From NCBI RefSeq assembly GCF_004010195.1, contig NC_057759.1, positions 4,484,703 through 4,518,457 of the forward strand: DNA of 33,755 bases, read 5' to 3'. The DNA is from Chiloscyllium plagiosum. Its lineage: Eukaryota. Of this stretch, positions 10,702-20,839 are shown in pieces. Under the pieces are notes generated by a model. It was not told the origin of the DNA, did not search any database, and worked only from the letters and a program-made list of their open reading frames with translations. The translations under genes and the position numbers were made by a program. Numbering within the stretch: the stretch's first letter is position 1; the number at the start of each line of letters is the position of its first letter.

Positions 10702-10833
10702 GCTGACCAAGCAGAACAGCGACCACCCTGCATTACTTACGCCAGCCTGCGGAACACAGATACAGGAGGGTATGAGGAACCAGGTCAAGATGAAGAGGGA
10801 AAAATTTATGTCAACTTTGTACGGACAATATGA
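10702..10833 (+). CDS. Putative terminal coding exon: ADQAEQRPPCITYASLRNTDTGGYEEPGQDEEGKIYVNFVRTI* (ITIM plus two further Tyr motifs)
   Basis: Acceptor TTGACCTGTTTTCAG ending at 10701; 43 sense codons then TGA at 10831-10833. ITYASL (10732-10749) fits the ITIM consensus [ILVS]xYxx[LV]; YEEP and acidic-preceded YVNF also present. Unique, non-repeat sequence. Confidence 0.72.
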   Translation, partial: ADQAEQRPPCITYASLRNTDTGGYEEPGQDEEGKIYVNFVRTI

Positions 10834-11359
10834 GACTGCACAGAAGAAAGCCTGTGAAGCTTCTCAAGTTTTTCAACAGCAAATCTACCTTCCAACAAAT
10901 AGGGAGGAAATGGAAGAGAAGGCATAGCAAAGTCATGTTTCTGCAACTCGGCTAGGCTTTGTCACAATTCACTCAACAAGATATCAGTTCGAAAGATGGA
11001 CTTGTCTTGAGAACCCATCTGAATAATGGTCTCTACCCGAGCTCTCGGGGGGTCAATTTATACCGCTAACACGATCTAACTGTTGATGGCAGAGATTTGA
11101 GATGTTATGGTGACCTTTCCTAACTTGAGCATCCATTTGATCTCCTGGCGAATGGGTCAAGGCAGATGTACTCTGTATCTTTTATTTAAATTGTGGTGAG
11201 CTGGAAATAATTCAAGGCAGGGTCGTTCACCAGCTCTATCTTCATTGCCCTCCAACTTCATCACTGTTAATACACATCCAGCTCTCCTTTCATACCTCAT
11301 ATGGAATCTACCTCCACCACGATCCCAGGCTGCACAATCCAAATCCTAACAACTCTGAG

Positions 11360-12030
11360 TAAAGACATTTCTCTCCATGTCACTCCTAGCTCTCTTGCTG
11401 ACAGTGTTGAAATTGTGACCCCTAGTTACTGACATACCAAGTAATGGTAAAAAAAATTCTTGTTTCCCCTGTCAAAATTCTTCATAACCCCTCTCTTAAT
11501 CTTCTCTGCTCCAAGGAGAAGGAGCCTAATCATTCCTTGTAAGTAAAATCCTTCATTCCTGCTATCATTCTAGTCAATCTCCTGTGAACCTTCTCCAGAG
11601 CTTGAAGATCCTTCCTTAAATAGAACTGAAATGTGGTCTGACCAATGATTTGTAGAGGTATAGCATCACTTCCTCAGTTTTATACTCAATGCCTCTATTT
11701 ATACACCTTCTTCACAAAGGTTTCAGCTTGCCTGACCACCTTCAGAGAATGATACACATGAACCCCGAGGTACCTCTGTTCCAATGCTCCCCTCAATGAT
11801 GTACAATTGACAATGTGTTGCTTTGTGTTTCTGTTAGCAAAATGCATTTCATTACATTTCTCTGCATTGGAATTCATCTGCCAAGTTTCTGCCCATTTGG
11901 CCAACTTGTCATCTACCTGTGAAGTCACTCAGCATCATCCTCACAATTCACTCTTCTCCCTGGGTTAGTATCAACTGCGAATTTAGAGATTATATCCTCA
12001 ACACCCAACTCCTAATCATTTATATAACAA
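11360..12030 (-). mobile_element. Decayed CR1-type LINE fragment
   Basis: ORF 11695..11928: KLAKWAETWQMNSNAEKCNEMHF...RYLGVHV. Confidence 0.75.
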
Positions 12031-12465
12031 TGTAGTTTTCAACGTGTACTTGTCAGTTTCTTTTATGTGCATGTAAATATTAATCTCTACCTATCCGTTA
12101 CCGCTATGTGAACCAGTCTGTTCCTGCTCTGTGAATTGAGACAGTCAATATTGGCCTGTATTTGCCCGTTCTGCCCATTTGGCCAACTTGTCATCTACCT
12201 GTGAAGTCACTCAGCATCATCCTCACAATTCACTCTTCTCCCTGGGTTAGTATCAACTGCGAATTTAGAGATTATATCCTCAACACCCAACTCCTAATCA
12301 TTTATATAACAATGCAGTTTTCAGTGTGTACTTGTCAGTTTCTTTTATGTGCATATAACTATTAATCTCTACCTATCCGTTACCGCTATGTGAATGTATT
12401 TACCAGTCTGCTCCTGCTCTGTGAATTGAGACCGTCAATATTGGCCTGTGTGTCTTTGCCCATTT
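11887..12465. repeat. Tandem duplication, unit about 282 bp (11887-12168 and 12169 to about 12461)
   Basis: Near-identical copies beginning TTCTGCCCATTTGGCCAACTTG, with a few substitutions and small indels. Confidence 0.95.
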
Positions 12466-13000
12466 CCCCTATGTGAATGTGTGAGTGTATTTACTGGTAT
12501 GTCCCTGCTGTGTTTTGAGACTGTCGATATTAAACTGTACCTGTCATTTTCTCCTATGTCAAAATGTGAACGCAGTTACCAATCTTTGCCTCTCAATCTC
12601 TGCCTTGTCAATATGTGAATTTACTCATCGATTTCTACTGTCAGTTCCTGTTTGGTCAATGTGAACATTGCAGGTACCAATATGTATCTGTGAGATTCTG
12701 CTCTGTGAATATGAGAGTGTCGTTATCACACTGTACTTGTCAGTTTATGCTGTGAAACTGGGCGTGTTGTTTTCATTCTGTTCCTGTCAGTTTTAGCTTT
12801 GTGAATGAGTGTAGTTATTAATCTGGCTCTGACAGATACTGAAATGCTAATGTGTGACTTAGAAAATGGAGATTAATAGTCACACATTTGCATCGCAGAA
12901 ACTGTGTCGTCATCATTTGTTTATCTGTTTCTGCAACATGAATGTGTGTGTAGTTATCAGCCTGTACTTATCCATTTCTACTCTTTTGTATCTAAGTGGA
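12030..13000. repeat. Degenerate minisatellite-like array with recurring core CTGTAC(C/T)TGTCAGTTT and TGTGAATGT
   Basis: The core recurs at about 12045, 12326, 12535, 12731, 12780 and 12962. Confidence 0.55.
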
Positions 13001-14154
13001 AGCCAGTAATATTCTGTGTCTGTGTGATAGTTGTTATGAAGGTGTTGAGACTGGGTCTTAATCTTTTCTGCATTTTGTGATTTCTGAGTTGACTGTCAGT
13101 CTGTGGGGGTGGGTGGGTGAGAGAGGAGAAAGGGCGATGGCAGAAGGGAAACTGCTTTATTCAGAGAACCATTCTGAATTATGGTCACACATTTCCTGTT
13201 TGGGGTAGAGAGTCTAGGATCTGTGGTATCACAGACATTTAGTTTGAATTTGTACTCAGACTTGTTGGCATTTTTTTGTGAAAGATTTATTCTGCATGTC
13301 AGTCCATTTTTGTATGATTTTTTAATACCAATATGCAATACAGCAGCATGTCATCCCTTTTCTCACCAAAATCAGAATCACTGATATGGTACAGCTCAGA
13401 AGCAGATCATTCAGCTCATTGTATCTGGACTAGGACATTCTTTTATGTATCAATTCTGCAGTAATTGTTGGGAATGTGAACTTCATCCACTCATTGCCAG
13501 TGTCTATATGGAAAGGACAATTTGACATCAGTTATGTAAGCATCTGACTTTTAATAACTGTAGTCCTTGGTTGGTCAGATCACATTTTTGTGTTCAGTTC
13601 TGGGCACATTATTTCAAGAAAGATCCTCAAGCTCTGGAGAGGGTTCATTGGAGATTTACTAGATCTCAATCACCTATGTTCAGTTGTGGTTTTGTCTGAG
13701 TGTAGCACAAACTCTGTAAATAAACTCTTTTCAATGATGTCTAATTGTATTGTATTTCAGTCTGTTTATTTTTACATTGTGTGCGCTTGCATGTATAGTA
13801 GACTTTATCAGGCGCTGCTGGGCACTTTATATCCTCAGCTGTGATAAGTGATGTCGCAGATATGGGCGGAGAAATGGCAGATTGAATTTAATCTGACACA
13901 GTGTAAGATGCTGGACTTTGGGAGATCAAATGTTAAGGAAAAGTATACAGTTAGTGGCTGGACAATGAACATCTTTGACATACAGAAGGATCTTGGGGTT
14001 CAAGTCTATAGCTCCCTGAACGTGGCCACACAAGTAGATAGGGTGGTATCTCGAGGACGACATTTGGCATGCTTGCCTTATTGGTCGGAGAATTGAGTCA
14101 GGATGTCATTTGCAGCTTTATAAGACTTTGGTTAGGCCGTACTTAGAGTATTGT

Positions 14155-15022
14155 GACAAAAGATTAACTCTATCCTTCTCAGTTACTGATAGCTGAAATG
14201 TTTCCTTCAATACCTGTACTCACTATCTACTTCATATATGGTTGTTCAAGCTACCAGCATCGTCTTTGTTCACCTCGATTGTAATGTTATATCCATTTTA
14301 AAGTTCAGAACCCATGAGGACGGCCTCAATTGGGACCTAGGGTTCCTGTCACACTACAGGTGTCTCCAATAAACTGAACACTCTCTCACATGCTCGCACT
14401 CACGCAGACCCGCTCTCCTCCACACACATATATACACACACACACCCTCTCACAGGTTTATACTCCATCACACTCACACATACACAGTTTACCAAGCATG
14501 CACACACACATTCTCAGGTGCATTCACACACATATGCACACACTCTCACATGTAGTCACATATAAGTGACTGGGGTGAATTTGCATTTGCAGAATTATAT
14601 TTGCAGATACATTCTGTTTTGCTCAATCTGCAGTCAATCCATGTAATATTTTATAAATTCCCACTTTGGAATTAGAACCAGCCTTACTTAAGATTGGGAT
14701 AAAGTATGACTCTAACCTCACACCTTTGATACATTTTCTGAGCTAAAATAAAATCTTAAGTGATCTTGACAATGTGACTTTAAACAAGTTCTGGGATTTA
14801 TATATTAATGTACTGCAACCCATTCTAAAAGATGAATTACTGAACAGTAATCTAGGTTTGTTAAATATATCATTTCAGTTGCATGCCACTAATCTTTTGC
14901 TATAAATTCTGTGTTTTACGATCCTGTTTCAGAGCTACCTGATGAACGAGCAGCGCTGTGAAAGCTCGTTCTTCCAAATGAACCTGTTGGACTGTAATCT
15001 GGTGTTGTGTGATTTTTATCTT
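14155..15022 (+). mobile_element. Penelope-like element 3' fragment (family 2) with a degenerate hammerhead at 14936-14970
   Basis: KFRTHEDGLNWDLGFLSHY (GIY-YIG C-terminal end, about 14301-14357), CA-rich tract at about 14380-14560, then CTGATGA A CGAGC AGC GCTGT GAAAGCTC and terminus GGTGTTGTGTGATTTTT. The left boundary is uncertain. Confidence 0.75.
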
Positions 15023-15210
15023 AAGAGTACTGCATTCAGTTGTGGTCGGCACATTACAGGAAAGATGTGGATTTAGAGAGGGTGCAGAAGAGGTTTGCCA
15101 GAATGTTGACCAGATTAGAGGGTATGAACTATAAAGAGAAGCTAGAAATACCCAGGTAGTTTTCTTCTGAGTGGCAGAGTCTGAGGGCAGACTTAATAGA
15201 AGTCTATAAA

Positions 15211-18200
15211 GGTTTAAGAAGATTTATAGCTCAGGTTGAGGTTCTGGATCTAACTTTGCTCACTGAACTGGAAGGTTCGTTTTCAGACATTTTGTCACCA
15301 TACTTGGTAACATCATCAGGGAGCCTCCAGATGAAGCACCAGTGGTATGGCCTGTTTTCTATTTGGGTGTTTAGGTTTTCTTGGAAAGGTGACATAATTT
15401 CCTGTGGTGATGTCGAGTCATAGAGATGTAGAACACGGAAATGAACTCTGCGGTCCAACTCGTCCATGCCAACCAGATATCCCAACCCAATCTAACCTGC
15501 CAGCACCTGGTCCATATCCCTCCAAACACTTCCTATTCATATACCCATCCAGATGCCTTTTTAATGTTGCAATTGTACTAGTGTCCACCACTTCCTCTGG
15601 CATCTCATTCCATACAAGTACCACCCTCTGAGTGAAAAGGTTGCTCCTTAGATCTCTTCTATATCTTTCCCCTCTCACCCTAAACCTATGTAGTCTAGTT
15701 CTGGACTCCCCCACCCCAGGGAAAAGACTTTGTCTATTTTTCCTATCCATGCCTCTCATGATTTTGTAAAACTCTATAAGGTCACCCCTCAGCTTCTGAC
15801 GCTCCAGGAAAAATAGCCCTAGCCTATTCAACCTCTCCCGATAGCTCAAATGCTCCAACCCTGGAGCATTCTTGTAAATCTTTTCTGAACTCTTTCATTT
15901 TTCACAACATCTTTCTGATAGGAAGGAGAACAGAACTGCACGCAATATTCCAATAGTGGCCTAACCAACGTCCTGTTCAGCCGCAACATGACCTCCCAAC
16001 TCCTGTACTCAATACTCTGACCAATAAAGGAAAGCATACCAAACGCTTTCTTCATTATCCTATCTACCTGCACTCCAAGGTCTCTTTGTTCAGCAAACTC
16101 CCTAGGACCTTACCATTAAGTGTTTAAGTGCTCCTAAGATTTGCTTTCCCAAAATGCAGCACCTCAGATTTATCTAAATTAAACTCCATCTGCCAATTCT
16201 CAGCCCATTGGCTCATCTGATCAAGATCCAGTTGTAATCTGAAGTAACCTTCTTCGCTATTCACTACACCTCCTATTTTGGTGTCAACAGCAAACTTACT
16301 ATCTATACCTCTTATCCTCACATCCAAATCATTTATATAAATGATGAAAAGTAGTGGACCCAGCACTGATCCTTGTGGCAATCCACTGGTCACAGATCTT
16401 CAGTCTGAAAAACAACCTTCCACCACCACTCTCTGTCTTCTACTTTTGTGCTAGTTCTGTATCCAAATGGCTAGTTCTCCCTGTATTCCATGAGATTTAA
16501 CCTTGTTCACCAGTCTCCCATGGGGAACCGTGTCGAACGCCTTACTGAAGTCCGTATAGATCACATCTACCCCTCTGCCCTCATCAATCCGCTTTGTTGC
16601 TTCTTCAAAAAATTCAATCAAGTTTGTGAAACATGATTTCCCAGGCATAAAGCCATGTTGACTATCCCTTATCAGTCCTTGCCTTCCCAAATACATGTAC
16701 ATCCTGTCCCTCCGGATTCCCTCCAACAACTTGTCCACCACCAGCGTCAGGCTCACTGATCTGTACTTCCCTGACTTATCCTTACCACCCTTCTTAAACA
16801 GTGGCACCACGTTAGCCAACCTCCAGTCTTCCAGCACCTCACCTGTGACTATCAATTATACAAATATCTCAGTAAGAGGCCCAGCAATCACTTCCCTAGC
16901 TTCCCACAAAGTTCTAGGGTTTCTAGGGATTTATCCACCTTTATACATTTCAAGACATCCAGCACTTCCTACACAGTAATACGGACATTTTTCAAGATGT
17001 CACCATCTATTTCCCTATGTTCTATATCTTCCACGTGCTTTTCCACAGTAAATACTGATGCAAAAATATTCATTTAGTATCTTCCCCCATCTCCACACAA
17101 AGGCCACCTTGCTGATCTTTGAGGGGCCCCATTCTCTCCCTGGTTACCCTTTTGTCCTTAATGCATTTGTAAAAACCCTTTGGATTCTCCTTAACTCTAT
17201 TTGCCTAAGCTATCTCATGTCATCTTATCACACTCCTGATTTCTCTGTTAGTCTACTCCTAATGCCTTTATACTCTTCCAAGGATTCATCCTGTCTATAC
17301 TTGACATATGCTTCCCTCTTTTTCTTAACCAAACTCTCAATTTCTTTAGTCATCCAGCATTCCTTATACCTACTACCCTTCCCGTTCACCCGAACAGGAA
17401 TATACTTTTTCTCGTTGTCTCATTTCTGAAGACTTCCCATTTTTCCAGCCATCCCTTTACCTGCGAACATCTGCCCCCAGTCAGCTTTCCGAAGTTCTTG
17501 CCTAATGGCATCAAAATTGGCTTTCCTCCAATTTAGAAATTCAACTTCAACTTTTAGATCTATCCTTTTCCATCACTATTTTAAAACTAATAGAGTTATG
17601 GTTACTGGCCCCAACTTGCTCCCCCATTGACACCTCAGTCACCTGTCCTGCCTTATTTCCCAAGAGTAAGTCAAGTTTTGCACCTTCTCCAGGAGGTACA
17701 TCCACATACTGAATCAGAATTGGTTTTTTTTCAAGTACACTTAAATTCCTCTCCATCTAAACCCTTAGCACTATGGCAGTCCCAGTCTATGTTTGGAAAG
17801 TTAAAATCCCCTACCATAACCATCCTATTATTCTTACAGATAACTGAGATCTCCTTACAAATTTGTTTCTCAATTTCCCTCTGACTATTAGGGGGTCTAT
17901 AATACAATACAATAAGGTTATCATCCCTTTCTAATCTCTCAGTTCCACCTAAATAACTTCCCCGGATGTATTTCCAGGAATATCCTCCCTAAGTACAGCT
18001 GTAATGCTATCCCTTATCAAAAATGCCACTCCCCCTCCTCTCTTGCCTGCCTTTCTGTCTTCTTGTAGCATTTGTATCCTGGAACATTAAACTGCCAGTC
18101 CTGTCCATTCCTCAGTCACGTTTCTGTAGTTTCCGGTGGTGATGTCATTTCTGGTTCTTTTTCTCAAGGGGTGGTAAATGGGATCCAAGTCAATGTGTTT

Positions 18201-18426
18201 GTTGATGGATTTCTGGTTGGAATGCCATGCTTCTACAAGTTCTCATTCATGTCTCTCTTTGGCTTGTCCTAGGATGGATATGTTGTCGCAGTCAAAGTTG
18301 TGTCCTTCCTCATCTGTATGTAAGGATACTAGTGAGATTGGGTCATGTCTTTTCGTGGCTAGTTGATGTACATGTATCCTACTAGCTAGTTTTCTGCCTG
18401 TTTGTCCAGTGTGGTGGACTCATATC
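15211..18426 (-). mobile_element. Penelope-like element 3' fragment (family 3): GIY-YIG endonuclease remnant plus hammerhead-bearing terminus, split by a CR1 insertion
   Basis: From 18413 down to about 18170 it reads HTGQTGRKLASRIHVHQLATKRHD...GHNFD.DNISILG...ELVEAWHSNQKSINKHIDLDPIY. Hammerhead at 15286-15319 (CUGAUGA U GUUACC aaguau GGUGAC AAAAUGUC, CpG-decayed). Flanked by TAGAAGTCT(A/T)TAAA at 15197-15210 and 18427-18440. Confidence 0.85.
15415..18129 (-). mobile_element. CR1-clade LINE (endonuclease region to 3' end), same family as 2097-5513
   Basis: RT motifs in ORFs 16451..16855, 16124..16393 and 15418..15858. 17-bp duplication TTTCC(T/G)GTGGTGATGTC at 15398-15414 and 18130-18146. Confidence 0.95.
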
Positions 18427-19654
18427 TAGAAGTCTTTAAAATTGAGATGCATGGTTAAGGTTGATGCTCATAGTCTTTTTCCATTAGTTAAAATGTCGAA
18501 AACTAAGAGGCATGCATATAATGTGAGATGGAGAAAGTTCAAAGGACACATATGGAGCAGTTTCTTTTAAACATAGAGAGTGGTAGGCGTGGAACACACT
18601 TCCAGGGGTGGAGATGCAGATACGATAAGGTCTTTTAGGTAAGCAAATGAATATGCAAGAAATGGAGGGTTATGGACCAAGGGCAGGCAGAAGGGATTAA
18701 TTTCATTTGGAATCATGTTCGGCACAACTTCATGGGCTGAAGGACCCATTCCTGTGCTGTACTGATCGATTTTCAGATTTAATGCAGTGTATATTTCGGA
18801 TAAGGATTCATTTAAGTTGATTGAAACTGGATAGAATGCATTTAGAATATAGATTAAATACATAGAAACTTCCATTTCATCGGTGGTGTTTGATTTTGAA
18901 CATGTCTGGAAATGGAGCTCAATTTGTCTCTGATTCAATCCACTCTGACTGTGGAAAGGATGTTCTTCACTCTGATGGCAGTAACATACCTGCTGTTTGT
19001 TCGAAGCAGCTGGTGACACACTTGGCTCTGTACCGAGGGAATATTACATTGTCTTGGTCCTTTGAATATTTGCCTGGAGGAAGACAGAAGAGATACCTCC
19101 TGTAAATCAACATCAGCTGTGTTACATTGATGTTGCCAATCATTCAGTTCCTCATCATTAAGGATTTTTAATTTAAAGCCAGCAAATTAAACAGAACCAC
19201 AGGTCTGATTCCACTCCTGCCCTGAGATGCTCCTTGTCCAGTTTTTCTTAAAATTCTAAGACCAATTGAGTGAGATCCAGAAACTAAACATCCACACAGC
19301 TCTGTGAATGGGACTACCTGATGCAAGTGGGTATGTGGATATGTGAGTTTAGTTATTGGTCTATACCTGTCAGTTGTGAATGTGATAGTGTAGTTATTAA
19401 ACTGTAACATACATTATGTGGTCGATATGTTTACATATTCACAGAACAGAGACTGGCAGGGTCCGATTGAAAACTATCAAATCATAAAAATAATACAGCA
19501 CAGAGGGAGCTATTCAGCCCATCTCGTCCATATCAACCCAAAGATGCCCCTTCTCCTCCCACAACCCATAGCCTTGTAGATTACAGAACTTGAGGTGCAG
19601 TTCCGTGGATTTTTGTTTAAAAGAGTTTAGGGTCTCTGTATGCACCACCAAATC

Positions 19655-19860
19655 AAAGTTAAAAATCACTCAACACCAGGTTATAGTCCAACAGGTTTAT
19701 TTGGAGGCACTAGCTTTTGGAGCACTGCTTCTTCATCAGGTGATTGTGGAGAGTAAGATTGTAAGACACAATTTATAGCAAAAGTTTCCAGTGTGATGTA
19801 ACCGAAATTATATATTGAAAAAGTCCCGAATTGTTTGTTAAGTCTCTCTCTTTTGGAATC
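19655..19860 (-). mobile_element. PLE family-2 terminal fragment with hammerhead motif at 19708-19742
   Basis: Reverse-complement homologue of about 14820-15022; cac CUGAUGA A GAAGC agu GCUCC AAAAGCUA gug (G12 to A). Confidence 0.8.
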
Positions 19861-20035
19861 ATGACCAGCAAATTAGGCAGCGAATTCCAGATACCCACCA
19901 CTCTCTGCATAAAACACATTTTTCCTCACATATCATCTAATTCTACAGCCGCTTAGTTTGAATCAATGATCCCTGGTGTTTGAACTCTCTGCCAAAGGAA
20001 ACAGGTTCCTCTAATTTCTCCCTCTCACTATTTAG

Positions 20036-20121
20036 AGAAAAAAATCACACAACACCAGATTATAGTTCAACAGGTTTATTTGGAAGTACTAGCTTTCGGC
20101 GTTCTGCTCCTTCATTAGTAG
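20036..20121 (-). mobile_element. 86-bp PLE family-2 terminal insertion with degenerate hammerhead
   Basis: Perfect 12-bp duplication CTCACTATTTAG at 20024-20035 and 20122-20133; homologous to 19660-19742. Confidence 0.85.
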
Positions 20122-20839
20122 CTCACTATTTAGTATTCCTTAATCATGGCACCTCTGTTCCAAGGAATACAACCACAACCTCTCCAATCTCTCCTGATAG
20201 CTACAATTCACCAGCCTTGGCAACATTCTCAAATCTCCTCAACACTCTCCAGAGCAATGACGTCCTTCCAGTGATGTGGGGACCCAACTGCACACAATAC
20301 TCCAGTTGTAGCCTCACCAGTGCCTTATACAGTTTCATTGTTATATTCCTACTTTTGTATTCCATCCCTCTGCCAATGAAGGAAAGCATTCCACGTGCCT
20401 TCTTTACAACCCCATCTACCTTTCGGGACCTGTGTACTTGCACACCAAGATCTCTCACGATCCCATTTATTGTCTATGCCCATTTACTGTTTGACTTCCC
20501 AAAATGCATTCCCTCACACTTATCAGAGCTGAACTCCATCTGTCACTTTTGTGCCCACTACTCCAAACGATATATGATTGTTTTGGAGCCTACAGCTATC
20601 CTCCACACATGACCAATTTTTGTGTCACCTGCAAATTTCACAAATTTATCCACCACATTCAAGTCCAAATCCTTAATGTATAAAACAAACAGCAGAGGTC
20701 CCAACACTGAGCCATGCAGAGCACCACTTGAAACAACTTTCCATTCACAAGAGCAGCCATCAACCATTGCCATTTGTTTCCTGTTTACTAAGCCAACTTT
20801 GCATCCAATTCACCACATTACCCTGTATCCCATAGTTAA

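Larger units (their letters stand above)
13846..18765 (+). mobile_element. Old CR1-clade LINE 3' portion hosting nested insertions (host pieces about 13846-14154, 15023-15210, 18427-18765)
   Basis: WAEKWQIEFN..QCKMLDFGRSN. The sequence resumes colinearly after each insertion and ends in a 3' UTR (GGGCTGAAGGACCCATTCCTGTGCTGTAC). Confidence 0.8.
19480..20832 (-). mobile_element. Decayed CR1-clade LINE (RT to 3' end) carrying two PLE insertions
   Basis: [41 protein letters not shown]. Confidence 0.88.

Noticed and set aside
12030..13000. CRISPR-like repeat-spacer array
   Set aside because: Vertebrate context, degenerate repeats without constant-length unique spacers, and no cas genes.
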